Source of the DNA: Octopus vulgaris
Taxonomy: Eukaryota
NCBI GenBank assembly: GCA_951406725.2
Contig: OX597821.1
Span: forward strand, 40,424,001 to 40,488,000
Length of the DNA stretch: 64,000 nt
Direction of reading: 5' to 3'
Shown here: in pieces, positions 1 to 12,778 of the stretch
How the letters are laid out: every line of letters begins with the position of its first letter
Position numbering within the stretch: the stretch's first letter is position 1
The notes under the pieces: generated by a model
Databases searched by the model: none
Seen by the model: the letters and a program-made list of their open reading frames with translations, nothing else
What the model was told of the DNA's origin: nothing
Made by a program: the position numbers and the translations under genes

Positions 1-198
1 AAAAATTCCATCTTCAGATATTGCTAGGAATTAATGGAGTCACTGTTATAATTGGTTTTCCAATGGTTACTGAAACTTGTCAGAAGCATCTCTGCTGTGA
101 TCTCATGAAGCTCCTTCCGGAATTCCTCATGAGAAGTGCATGAGGGTGGTCATATCTTGAGTTCGTGTGTGTTGGCACATCCGCAGTGCTGCTTCTAA

Positions 199-596
199 GT
201 TATGTATTATACATACATTTTTTTTTTTTACATGAGCACGTTACCATCGTGTGCACAGGGTGTCAATGTTAAATAATAAAGTGATTGCTAATTTCCAATC
301 TGTTGGTAATTTGGGGCCCTAGTCTGTCTATGAGGATAGCCTCCTTAATTCTTAAATTTCCTAAGTTTCTGTCATTGGCCTCTGTTGTGACGGTTATGTA
401 TTATACATACATCTTTTTTTTTCTTTACATTAGCACGTTACCATCGTGTGCACAGGGTGTCGATGTTAAATAATATAGTGATTGCTAATTTCCAATCTGT
501 TGGTAATTTGGGGCCCTAGTCTGTCTATGAGGATAGCCTCCTTAATTCTTAAATTTCTTAAATTTCTGTCATTGGCCTCAGTTGTGACGGTTATGT
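199..596. repeat. ~195-bp direct tandem duplication (199-392 / 393-589)
   Basis: GTTATGT recurs at 199, 393 and 590. The two copies are near-identical by eye. Confidence 0.95.
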
Positions 597-800
597 CTCT
601 GTTGGTGTTCCAGCATCTTGTCTAGATGTTTTCTGAAGGAGGATGCTCATGTTTACATGTTCCTTGATGCGAATGTGTAATGGTCTTGTTGTGCTACCCA
701 CAGAGAAATTATTGCATTTGTTACATTGTATTCCATACACAACATTTACCCATTGGCATAAATCTGTGTCATGCATGGGGCAGTTGGCTAGTGTGCATTG
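199..800 (-). mobile_element. Penelope-like element 3' fragment: decayed GIY-YIG endonuclease plus tandem pseudo-LTR copy
   Basis: ORF 591-776(-) reads NVVYGIQCNKCNNFSVGSTTRPLHIRIKEH, matching the PLE GIY-YIG signature VVY.I.C..C...Y.G.T.R.L..R..EH. Downstream, after a disruption, it reads LRIKEAILIDRLGPQITNR. The 3' part is tandemly duplicated. Confidence 0.85.
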
Positions 801-831
801 ATTGCTGTCCCTTGCTCATTTCTTTGCTATA

Positions 832-1495
832 TCATCATCATCATCATCATCATTGTTGTCGTCGTTTTCGTTTAACATCCGCTTTCCATGCTGGCATGGG
901 TTGGACGGTTTGACTGAGGGCTGGCAAGCCAGAAGGCAGTACCAGGCTCCAGTCTGATCTGGCAGATTTTCTACAGCCCTTCCTAACTCCAATCACTCCG
1001 TGAGTGTAGTGGGTGTTTTTTATGTGCCACATGGGTCAGTCAGGCAGTACTAGCATCGACCACACTTGAATGGTTCTTTTTATGTGCCACTGGCACAGGA
1101 GCCAGTCAGGCAGCACTGACAACAACCCCACTTGAATGGTGCTTTTTATGTGCCACCAGCATGGGTACCAATCACGTACCAGTCAGGTGGTACTGGCATC
1201 AGCCATGACAATGACTTCACTTGCCTCAACCGGTCTTCGCAGGCACAGTCTATTGCCCAATGATTGCAGGGTACTTTTAAATGGGTTGGTTATGCTGAAC
1301 TGGCATAGGTAACAGTTACAGTCTTGCTTGGCTTGCTGGGTCTCAAAAGGTCTTGGTCACTCATCATTGCTTCCGTGAGGCCCAATGTTTGAAGGTCATG
1401 CTTCACCACCTCATCCCAGGTCTTCCTGGGTGTACCTCTTCCACAGGTTCCCTCTACTGATAGAGTGTGACACTTTTAAACACATCTGTCCTCAT
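832..1495 (-). mobile_element. RTE-clade LINE 3' end (ORF C-terminus, 3'UTR with internal ~60-bp repeats, (GAT)n tail)
   Basis: Minus-strand 1350-1495 reads ..CHTLSVEGTCGRGTPRKTWDEVVKHDLQTLGLTEAM.., typical of an RTE C-terminus. The 3'UTR is shared with the RT-bearing copy at 54.2-55.7 kb. (CAT)n lies at the left end. Confidence 0.85.
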
Positions 1496-1498
1496 ATG

Positions 1499-1532
<34 letters not shown>

Positions 1533-2321
1533 TACATATATATTAGCAGAATGAGTATTTTGACTCCTGAAAAATGCATCAACAGACAAACAGAATGTAA
1601 AAAATATAACACATTTCAAAATCTCTAAATCCATCATTGTGTTTTTTTATAAATCTTCTGCTACACTAAGAAAGTTAAAGGGTGAATAGAATTATAAGAA
1701 AAACAAAAAAGCATTTTAAGTGAAATCAATTAAGTAGAAGAGAAAAATGAGACACAAATTGCTCTGACATAAGCCTTATTGTAATTGTTGACTAAAGAAT
1801 ATTAAAGACCTGTTAGATTTATGTCTGATTTCAATAGACAGTTCCAATAAATAATAGATTTCTAATCTGCATTCATTATTTTCTCTTTGTTTAACATTAG
1901 TACTTTGTTAAACTAGGGAAGCTGTTGAATTTGTGATGCAGATTAAGTAATGTTCAGTGTTATTAAACTGTTATTATGCATCATTGGCGTTCCTGAAGGA
2001 AATTGTCTCAGTTTGTTAATCTAGCTATGCATAATTAATATTGGTCCTGAAAAACTTAGAGTTTTGTGAGAGATATATTAGTAGATCTTCACTTGTGTGC
2101 TACATTGATAGGTGCTACCTCTCTTTAAGATCACTCTGCTGTAGACAGCTGCATTAGTGGCTATTAGACTAATTCAGTCTATTAGAACTATGGTAAAATG
2201 TTGCATGCAACAGAAAGAGACACATGTACACAGACCTATTCCAATAGCTTCGTGGAATATCAAATAATGAAAATTTACAGACTCTTCTCACTACAGATAT
2301 TGTAATTCAGGAGAAGGGAAT

Positions 2322-2925
2322 CTGAAGCCGGTGAGCTGGCAGAAACATTAGCACACAGAACGAAATGCATTGTGGTATTTCGTCTGCCGCTACATTCTGA
2401 GTTCAAATTCAGCCGAGGTCTACTTTGCCTTCCATCCTTTTGGGGTTGATTAAATAAGTACCAGTTACATACTGGGGTCGATATAATCGACTTAATCCAT
2501 TTGTCTGTCCTTGTTTGTCCTCTCTGTGTTTAGCCCCTTGTGGGTAGTAAAGAAATAGGTATTTCGTCAGCCGTTACGTTCTTAGTTCAAATTCCACCGA
2601 GGGTGACTTTGCCTTTCATCCTTTCGGGGTTGATTAAATAAGTACCAGTTACATACTGGGGTCGATATAATTGACTTAATCCGTTTGTCTGTCCTTGTTT
2701 GTTCTCTCTGTGTTTAGCCCCTTGTGGGTAGTAAAGAAATAGGTATTTCGTCTGCTGTTACGTTCTTAGTTCAAATTCCACTGTGGGTGACTTTGCCTTT
2801 CATCCTTTCGGGGTTGATAAATTAAGTACCAGTTATGCACTGGGGTTGATGTAATCAACTTAATCCCTTTGTCTGTCCTTGTTTGTCCCCTCTATGTTTA
2901 ACCCCTTGTGGGCAATAAATAAATA
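2322..2925 (+). mobile_element. tRNA-derived SINE with Nin/Deu-like core, body triplicated in tandem
   Basis: Head GGTGAGCTGGCAGAA, B-box-like GAGTTCAAATTC and core GCCTTTCATCCTTTCGGGGTTGAT..AAGTACCAG. 184-bp units start at 2374, 2558 and 2742. TSD AGAAGGGAAT at 2312-2321 and 2926-2935. Confidence 0.85.
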
Positions 2926-4382
2926 AGAAGGGAATTTACAGGTGTTAATTGTCTGGAGTCTTTTTCTTATTTTAGCCCCAGGCTGGCCTTGTCAAACAGA
3001 TTTATGATTAAAGACATTCCAATTGTAACTATCCTGGTACTTATATGTGTTTCATTTGATTCTACAATATTTCCTTAATTTTTCAGAGGTGTGACTTGAG
3101 AATAAAATCAGCCGCTATTTCTAAAATGTTGAATGGTCTCGTAGATGTTCCTTTTTTAATGGATTGTACCTGTATGCGAGTATTTGGTTTCTGCAGATTC
3201 AGATAGTCTGCGATAATACAAATATCAGCTTTGAATATCCGTTATATAACCTGCCTGTCCATCTTTCCAGCAGATGTTTCTGTATTAATGCATTGTTTTC
3301 CACTGGCATAAGTTCATTTTTCTTTCTTTGTAGAGTAGCTAGATGTCTTGGAACAATTTTGGAGTAACATTGCTTTATGTATATTTTTTTCTTTTTTGCA
3401 TCAAATCTCCCTTTTTATTCTTAAACACTCAACAAGAATGGAATACAGTATCCAGTGAGACAAACTTGTGCAAGCAAATATGTGCATCTTATCCACACAC
3501 AAAATACATTATCAGTTTGAAATCTATATCTCATGATAATGTGGTAAATATTTCAGCACCTTGTAGACATTATTTCTGAAAATCATGTTGAATGAAGTTG
3601 CTGCTGTTTAGCCCCAGGTCAGACCTGATTGAACAGAGCTTTAATCAAAAGCATTCCGACAATGATCCTTCCATTTTTAAGGATATTTAGAACTATATTT
3701 TCAATTATATTCTGCCTTATTTATGATATATAATTGTAATTTGAGGAAGGTTTATCTGTTATTTCTTGCAAGTCATTTAACCTCATACAAGTTTCCTCAA
3801 TTCTTTTGTTAAGATTAAACCCAAAACTAAAAAAAAAAAAACTATTTCCAAACACTAACTGTAAAACTAAACTTATCACTCTAAATAGTGAAGTCAAATA
3901 ATTGCATAAATTTGCTATTTTCAATGTATGTTTAATTTTGTGTGCTATTTATTTATTTATTTACTTATTTATTTTACTTCACAAATTGTGGGCAATAGTA
4001 ACATTGGTGACAGATTGCCAATGGACCAATCACTGTTTTACAATACTTCTGACAGTGAAAGTGACAAGAGAGTATTTGTAACTTATGGACATAGAAGAAT
4101 AATGGTTTTTCAATAATGTTTACATCCTTCATTGATAAGCATTGAAAGATGTAAGCATGTATGCATACATACATACACAAACTTTCAGCTTCATGTCTAT
4201 TATTATTAGAACAACCAGATACATACTGACCAATTTGGAGGAAAGTATAGCTGAGCTTAGGATTTTGAGGAGAAAACACAAATCCTGAATTTATACACTA
4301 CAAATGATCACGATATCTGGAACTAAAAGAATTTGCAAAACCTTCTTAAGATTTAAAGGTTGATGAACAAAACAAGATGCTT

Positions 4383-4834
4383 TCTCACAATGAGAGATAT
4401 TCAGCAGCAGTACTTTGCAGTAAAGATTGTTTGTCAACATAACACGGCAATCTTGGTTTAGGACGAATGTAGCTGTAATTTAGCCCCAGGAGACATTGTC
4501 TCCAGCTGGCTATACAACATGATCTGCGTCCTTATATTTTTGAACAAGGGAATCTAGCACCTCACTCAGCTCAAAATAACAATATCTGTTTATTATGATT
4601 TCCGGGTTATTTCCTTTCATCAGCCAAACAATTATACTGTGCTGGTGAAGAGAAATAACCCAGAAAACAGATATTGTTTTGAGCTGAGTGGGGATGCCAG
4701 ATTCCCTTGTTTGAAAATATAAGGATGCAGACCGTGTCATATAGCCAGCTGGAAACGATGTCTCATGGGGCTAAATTACAGCAACATTCGTCCTAAACTA
4801 GGACTGTTGTGTTATGTTGGCAAACAATCTTTAC
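4383..4834. mobile_element. Fold-back pair of Penelope-type pLTR-like units carrying decayed hammerhead motifs
   Basis: 4420-4625 is the reverse complement of 4640-4834. CTGATGA..GAAA lies on the minus strand (4623-4599) and CTGGTGA..GAAA on the plus strand (4642-4666). A solo copy is at 14740-14971. Confidence 0.7.
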
Positions 4835-5288
4835 ACCAAGATGCTTTCCTCCGTAACCCTGCTACCAAGTAGGAAGCCAATCAAAAGTTACTCTAAATTA
4901 AACAGAGAAAAGACTACTTATGTACACGGTTAAACAGGAACAAAAGAGACAGGTGCTAATTTGGATCAGAAAAAGATATTTATTGTTTAGTAAAATCAAT
5001 AAAAGTAGATCAGGGAACTTCCTGAAAGGAGTGAAAATTTGAAAGACTTACAAAAATTCCTTCTGTAGAGAAAATTTAACAGAAGAGAACTTAATGAAAG
5101 ATAGCAGGGTCTTGCATCCTCTAAATTGGTTGCAACTGATAAGTAACACAAGACCAAGGAGATTCATAGAGAACAAGAATTGGTAAAAGAGAGAAACAGG
5201 GTGAAAGAGGAAAAAAGAAAGTGGAATGGAATGAGGAGGAAGAGGAGGCATGGGAAAAGTTGGGAGATGAAGAGAAAGATGACGTGCA

Positions 5289-5372
5289 TGTGTGTGTTTG
5301 TGTGTGTGTTTGTTTGTGTGTGTGTGTTTGTGTGTGTGTTTGTGTGTGTGTGGGTGTGTGTGTGGGTGAGTG

Positions 5373-5405
<33 letters not shown>

Positions 5406-5425
5406 TTGTTTGTGTATGTGTATGT
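5289..5425. repeat. (TG)n/(TTTG) microsatellite
   Basis: Directly visible. Confidence 0.95.
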
Positions 5426-5960
5426 GAAGGGATTTTGCATGGTTTCAATCTACCAAATTTCATTTTTCAAGGTCCTAAGTAACTCATAGCCACAAAATAG
5501 GAGTTGAACCCGGAACCTAATTGTTGCGAAATAAACTGCATAACCACAGAGCCATGTGTTGCCGTTATGATTTATCATTTTATTCTTCAATCAGATGTCA
5601 ACAAATTCAATACATTCGAAGACTCCTGAATCAGTAACAAATAACACAGCAAAAGATATGAGGTGATACATTTTTAGGGTCGATATTTCACATAATTATT
5701 TTTATTAAAGGGTTACGGAAAATAGAAGCAGGAAGTGAACCGGTAGTAAAATATAAGAATAAAAATAGTTCAGGTGAAAGGTGAAAAGAAAAGCATATTT
5801 TAAGAGGCAGGAATGTTAAATAAAATATACGTAAGCAATTTTAAAATTTGCATTTAAGCCAACAATGAATAAGAATAGGCCAAAGTCCAGTCTGAAAATA
5901 GTGCAGAAGATTGGAAGCAAATTGTATAATACACAAGATTATTAGTGAGTGTTCAGGTTT

Positions 5961-6225
5961 ACATCATCATCATCTTCATCCTTTAACATCCATTTTTCAT
6001 GCTGGCAGGGGTTGGATAGTTTGACAGTAGCTGACCAGTGAGAGAGCTGCACCAGGCTCCAGCTGTCTGTTTTGGTAGGGTTTCTACAGCTGGATGCCCT
6101 TCTTAATGCCAATCACTTTACAGAGTGTACTTTGCAGTTTTTATCTGTCACTGGCACAGGTGCCTGTTACATGGGAACCAGCATAGATGCTTTTAATGTG
6201 GCACCAGCACAAACAACAGTATTTA
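5961..6225 (-). mobile_element. RTE-type 3'UTR fragment
   Basis: (CAT)n followed by TTTAACATCCATTTTTCATGCTGGCA..TTTCTACAGCTGGATGCCCTTC, homologous to 832-1250. Confidence 0.75.
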
Positions 6226-6590
6226 TGCGAAGCACACCATGTATCTGAAGAACTTAAATGAAATTGAATATTATAAACATCACTGTTGGCAAAATAACAA
6301 TGTAAATACAGCCATTTTATACCACTGATGTATGGGAAGAAAACACGCAGCTTCTTCAAGACTGTTTCACAGCTTGTAGAATACTCTTCATGGCAGATGC
6401 ACCCATCTAGCTTCTCTAACTGATAGATAAGCTGCTTATAATGCAGTCACAAATTAAACAAGCTCATTTCAGCGGTGGTGCCCCAGCATGGCCGCGGCCT
6501 TCGGGCTGAAACATTTTTAAGGATTTAAGGATTTAAGCAGATCAATGGATAGTCTAATTAATATATTGGTGCTTTTGTGTGCCTCTATAT

Positions 6591-6992
6591 TACTCTTTTA
6601 CTTGTTTCAGTCATTTGACTGCGACCATGCTGAAGCACCACCTTTAGTTGAGCAAATCGACCCCAGAACTTATTCTTTGTAAGCCTAGTACTTAATCTAT
6701 TGGTTTCTTTTGCCGAACTGCTAAGTTACAGGGATGCAAACACACCAGCATCAGTTGTCAAGCGATGTTGGGGAGACAAACACAGACACACAAACACACA
6801 CATACACATTTATATATATACATATATATGATGGGCTTCTTTCAGTTTTCCTCTACCAAACCCACTCACAAGGCTTTGGTCGGCCCGAGGCTATAGTAGA
6901 AGACACTTGCCCAAGGTGCCACACAGTGGGATTGAACCTGGAACTATGTGGCTGGTAAGCAAGCTACTTACCACACGGCCACTCCTGTGCCT
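6591..6992 (-). mobile_element. tRNA-derived SINE (family B, ~400 bp, internal microsatellite)
   Basis: Reverse complement of the 18415-18824 copy: head GCACAGGAGTGGC(C)GTGTGGTAAG and tail TGACTGAAACAAGTAAAAGAG. Confidence 0.85.
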
Positions 6993-7233
6993 ACTGTGTA
7001 TAGATACATACATGCATACATACGTATCAAAACAGGAAAAAAAGGGGTGGTATTATTTATTTACCATTACACACGTTTCTTTGATTAATAGGATTTGCAG
7101 AATTGTACAAGTAGTAGAATATGTATATCTCCTATTAGGGATTCTTCAAGAAGATTTGTATAGGAGATATCTTACAAGCCTTTCCTACATGTACAAATGT
7201 GTAACTAGCAAATGAAATATATCTTTCCCCATT

Positions 7234-7455
7234 GAAGGCAGTGAGCTGGCATAAATGTTAGCACGCCAGGCGAAATGCATAGCCGTATTTCATCTGCTGT
7301 TACATTCTGAGTTCAAATTCCACCGAGGTCGACTTTGCATTTCATCCTTTCGGGGTCGATAAATTAATTACCAGTTGTACACTGGGGTCAAACTTAATCC
7401 ATTTGTGTCCTTGTTTGTCCCCTCTCTGTGTAGTCCCTTGTGGGTAGTAAAGAAA
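7234..7455 (+). mobile_element. Nin/Deu-core tRNA-SINE
   Basis: Same head and core as the 2322 element. Decayed TSD ATATATCTT(T/C)..CCATT on both sides. Confidence 0.85.
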
Positions 7456-7471
7456 TATATATCTTCACCAT

Positions 7472-7864
7472 TTACTTGTTTCAGTCATTAGACTGTGGCC
7501 ATGCTGGAGCACCACTGTGAGGAACATTTTAGTCAAACAAATCAACTCCAGTACTTATTTTATTTTTAAGCCTGATACCAATTCTGTTGGTGTCTTTTGC
7601 TGAACCACTAAGTTACAAGGATGTAAACTCACCAACACCGGTTGTCAGGTAGAGGTGGGGGACAAACACAGACACAAAGACACACACACACACATACATA
7701 TACGATAGGCTTCTTTCAGTTTCCATCTACCAAATCCACTCACAAGGCTTTGGTTGGACTGAGGCTACAGTAAAAGACATTTGCCCAAGGTGCCACACAG
7801 TGGGGCTGAACCTGGAACCATGTGATTGGAACACAAACTTCTTGCCACACAATATGCCTGTACC
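7472..7864 (-). mobile_element. SINE family B
   Basis: Homologous to 6591-6992. Confidence 0.85.
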
Positions 7865-7878
7865 TATGTGTGTATTCT

Positions 7879-7910
<32 letters not shown>

Positions 7911-8263
7911 GGCGTAGGAGTGGCTGTGTGGTAAGTAGCTTGCTTATGAACCACATAGTACTGGGTTCAGTCCCACTGTGTGGCACCTTGGGCAAGTGTC
8001 TTCTACTATAGCCTCAGGCCAACCGGAGCCTTATGAGTGGACGGAAACTGAAAGAAGCTCGTCATATATATGTATATATATATATGCGTGTGTGTGTGTT
8101 TGTGTCTGTGTTTGTCCCCGTAACTTAGTGGTTTGGCAAAAGAGACTGATAGAATAAGTACTAGGCTTACAAAGAATAAGTCCTGGGGTCGATTTGTTCG
8201 ACTAAAGGCAGTGATCCAGCATGGCCACAGTCAAATGACTTGAAACAAATAAAAGAGTAAAGA
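7911..8263 (+). mobile_element. SINE family B
   Basis: GGCGTAGGAGTGGCTGTGTGGTAAG head, GGGTTCAGTCCC B-box-like motif and AAAAGAGTAAAGAG tail. Confidence 0.85.
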
Positions 8264-8924
8264 GTATATATATGCATGTCTGTGTGTATGTGTGTCAGTG
8301 TGTCTGTTGCGCTTTATGGAAGTCCTTAGCTCTGAACAGTGTTATTGTTTCCAGTTTGCCTGTCAAGAAATCATCTACTCAATATCATGACTTAAAGAAC
8401 TGCGAAATTCGAGATCCCTTACTTGAAAAACAAATAAGGGTTAACAAAGGAAAAGCATCCAGCTGTATAACAACACTTCACTAACATATTGATCAGACCT
8501 TGGGTAGCATTGGAAAACAGACATCAAACGATGAAACACAAATATTTATATATAAATATATATAAGCTGAACCCTAAGTATTTGCAAGCTTTCCCATAAA
8601 AGAAAAGCATATGTCTTTGTGTGTGCATGTATATGTATATATGTTTGTGTATGTGTGTGTGTATGTGTGTGCTTTTGTATATGTGTGTGTGGAGAGAGAG
8701 AGAGAGAATAGCAAGAGTTAAATGTTTGACAGTGAAATAATTCAATCACATGAAGCATTATGTTCTGGTATGGTTTCTATTCATGTGAGGAAACTATTGA
8801 AAATTATGTCTAGTCTTACTATGACCCTACAAAATTAACTTTAATTTCTACCACAAATTCTGTCGGGACATTAACAGTGTTGATTAAATTATCTTTCTCT
8901 CATCTTCATTTAGCTATTTATCTG

Positions 8925-8968
8925 TATACACACACACACACACACACACAGTCTTACATCTATATGAA

Positions 8969-9019
<51 letters not shown>

Positions 9020-9065
9020 ATATATATATATATCTATATATATATACATATATATATACATATAC

Positions 9066-9104
<39 letters not shown>

Positions 9105-9337
9105 CATATATATGTGTATATATATACACGTATATATATGTATATATATACATACATATATATATATATATGTATATACATATATATATATATACGTATA
9201 TATATATATATACATATATATATATGTATATACATACATATATATATATACGCATATATATACACATATATATGTATGTATATATATACATGTATATATA
9301 TGTATATATATATATATGTATGTATGTATATATTTAT

Positions 9338-9396
<59 letters not shown>

Positions 9397-9445
9397 TATG
9401 TATATGTATAGATATATACTTATATACATACATGATGTATGTATG
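8925..9445. repeat. Compound (CA)n/(TATC)n/(TA)n microsatellite
   Basis: Directly visible. It is the source of the spurious YI-rich ORFs. Confidence 0.95.
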
Positions 9446-10074
9446 TGGTCTGGCATTAGCAAGGATTATTGTCACGCTCATCAGTCTCTTAGCTAATCAG
9501 ATTATGAGTTATTCTCTGCTGTAGCTGCTGTGTACCATCTCCAGGCTTTGATAAAAGTGTACAAAGTGCGCTGTAAGAGAGAACATACTGAAGCTATAAT
9601 AATCTAATGGAGAAAACAAGACGACCGAGGAAGTTATTGCAAAACTAACAGAAAAGGAAGTTTAGATTGGATATGTTTGGTTGTATAGCTCAATGTAAAG
9701 CTGCAAATCATATATTTTCTAGTGTGAAAAATGCAAAATAAATATTTTTTTCACAGCAGAAACACTGTTACATTACAGAGTCATCTGCTGGGTAGAGCAG
9801 AATTGTTCATTTTCTATCATTTTTATTGATTTTCACATTGGCTTTGTGTATCTTCATAAAATACTCTGCTTAGAAAATATAAACATATATTTGAGATTTA
9901 ATTGCAGCAGCACCACTACAATATGGAACAAGATTGCTTGTTGTGTTGTGTTGTGGAATATTCAAGTGTTAGACTCGAGGAAGAAGGCAGGACACTTAGA
10001 TTGTATGAGAGATTTATGAGTTCATTTCCTTTTGACAAACACAGTGATGTTTCTTGAGCAAACCTTACAAAACT

Positions 10075-10752
<678 letters not shown>

Positions 10753-10801
10753 ACTAACAATAACAACAACAACAACAGCAATAATAATCATAATAATAAT
10801 A

Positions 10802-11356
10802 AATGCCCTGATGCAGTACCAGACAGTGGCTCTCATGGCTTTTGATCTTAACTGATTGGAAGTGTTAACATGTACATGTTTTGTCTTGGTATAAAAGACA
10901 GACTACAACAAATATTCTGCTCAAGACCACAGATTTGCTTGTCAGTTGTTTGACCGTAACCAGATGAGTATGTCTCTTTATGGCTGACGTTATGTGCATC
11001 TCTGGTCATGAGTAGAAGTAGTGGAGGAGCATCATAGCCCTGTGTTGAGAGGAATTCTTTAGGGTTTGAATAATTCACCTCTGGGAACATGGGTGTTTCG
11101 TTCAACATCCTTAAACAATCCTCATTCAGGGACCTTTTGAACGGGATGGGTTACTCAACCAGAAGAAAATTGTAACTGGGCCCCACCTGCAAGGTCATGT
11201 GCAATTATCTTGATATGAGATCACCATGTCACGCACATATGGTTGTGATGCATGTGCCTGGTGTACCCTTATCAGATGGGTAGCCATGATGGGTATACTG
11301 GGCTTCGTATATTTTGCCCTAGTGTCACTTTGATGACATGCACTGCTCTCTCACTC
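10802..11356 (+). mobile_element. ~550-bp non-coding repeat embedded in trinucleotide microsatellite (probable Dong-type non-autonomous element or UTR)
   Basis: A second copy lies at 12262-12778. Both end CACTGCTCTCTCACTC-like and are followed by a trinucleotide tail. Confidence 0.65.
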
Positions 11357-11421
<65 letters not shown>

Positions 11422-11429
11422 TAATAATA

Positions 11430-11465
<36 letters not shown>

Positions 11466-11577
11466 TTGTCGATGATGATGAGGAGGAAGAGGAGGATGAT
11501 GATAAGAAGAAGAACAACAACAATAACAGTAACAATAACAATGACAACAATTATAATAGCAACAAAACAGCAAATAA

Positions 11578-11995
11578 TTCCTTCTGATACTGGCACAAGG
11601 CCAACAATTTTGAAGGGAGGGGGGACAATCGATTACAGCAACACCAGTGATCAGCTGGTACTTATTTTATTGACCCCCCCACCCCCATTCAGGGCTGTTT
11701 GAAAGGGCCAGGAGGAATGCGGCTAAGCATTTTGTCTTGAGCGGTAACAATTCTGCCAGCTTGTTGCCTTAATATTAATATTAATGCTTTCATATTTTGG
11801 CACAAGGCCAGCAGTTTTGGAGGAGGGTGGGTAAGTTGATTACATTGACCCCAGTATTCAACTGGTATTTTATCAACTCCAAAAGGATGTAAGGCGAAGC
11901 TGACCTCAGCAGAATTTGAACTCAGAATGTAGAGGTGGACAAAATGTCACTATTCATATTGTCCAACATGCTAATGATTCTGCAAGCTGACCACC
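11578..11995 (-). mobile_element. Two adjacent decayed Nin/Deu-core SINEs (11578-11770, 11787-11995)
   Basis: Both show GGCACAAGGCC..TTTTG..ACTGGTA(C)TT..TCTGC(C)AGCT, the reverse complement of the family consensus. Confidence 0.7.
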
Positions 11996-12164
11996 TCACT
12001 CACATGGAATATGCAAATATACACAAAAAGCTGCAAATACCAAACTTCTTGGGAAAGTATTCTGATGGCAGCACTACTTAGAAGGCTCGTGTTTTGAGGA
12101 AGGTTTTGCATCACTACGCGGCAGAACAGAGATGAGACAGGGAAATAGGAGAAAACGATGCTGA

Positions 12165-12198
<34 letters not shown>

Positions 12199-12262
12199 GG
12201 TGGTGGTGGTGGTGGTGGTGGTGGTGGTGGTGGTGGTGGTGGTGGTAGTAGTAGTAGTAGTA
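12165..12262. repeat. (TAG)n-(GGT)n-(TAG)n microsatellite
   Basis: Directly visible. Confidence 0.95.
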
Positions 12263-12778
12263 ATGCAATACCAAGCAGTGGCGCTCATGGCTTTTGATCT
12301 TAACTTATTGGAAGTGTTACCATGTACATGTTTTGTCTTGGTATAAAAGACAGACTACAACAAATATTCTGCTCAAGACCACAGATTTGCTTGTCAGTAG
12401 TTTGACCATAATTAGTTGAGCGTATCCCTCGGTGGCTGATAATATGTGCATCTTGATCACGAGCAGAAGTAGTGTCGAAGCATTATATCCATATTTTGAA
12501 AGGAAAGAGGTTTTTTTTGTTGAGCATCCTTAAACAAACCTTATTCAGTGGCCTTTTGAGCAGGATGGGTTACTTGACCTGAAGAAAATTCTAACAGAGC
12601 CCCGCCTACAAGGTCATGCACTGTTTATCTTGATATGAGATCACCATGTCACATACATATGTTTGTGATGCATGTGCCTGGTGTACCCTTATCAGATGGG
12701 TAGTCATGATGAGTATATTGGGTTTCATGTGTTTGTACCCCAGAGTCATGCTGGTGGCATGCATTGCTTTCTCACCCA
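12262..12778 (+). mobile_element. Second copy of the 10802-11356 element
   Basis: Shared GCAGTGGC.CTCATGGCTTTTGATCTTAACT through GCCTGGTGTACCCTTATCAGATGGGTAG. Confidence 0.7.

Noticed and set aside
2374-2925. CRISPR-like or satellite array (also 19540-19810 and 21240-21610)
   Set aside because: The units are SINE bodies or LINE-UTR minisatellites without unique spacers, in a eukaryotic context with no cas genes.
8877-9524. Long ORFs rich in YI, HT, VC, poly-I/N/H (also at 5.0-5.5, 10.4-12.9, 16.6-18.0, 25.2-25.7, 37.2-38.0, 40.4-40.8 and 50.4-51.1 kb)
   Set aside because: They are translations of stop-free microsatellites, open in several frames on both strands.
9490-9590. Minus-strand acceptor TTCTCTCTTACAG as a common downstream exon
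   Set aside because: All three frames stop within 30 codons and the only nearby donor is weak.
12187-12246. (GGT)n G-quadruplex
   Set aside because: Only two-G runs within a drifting microsatellite and no evidence of function.
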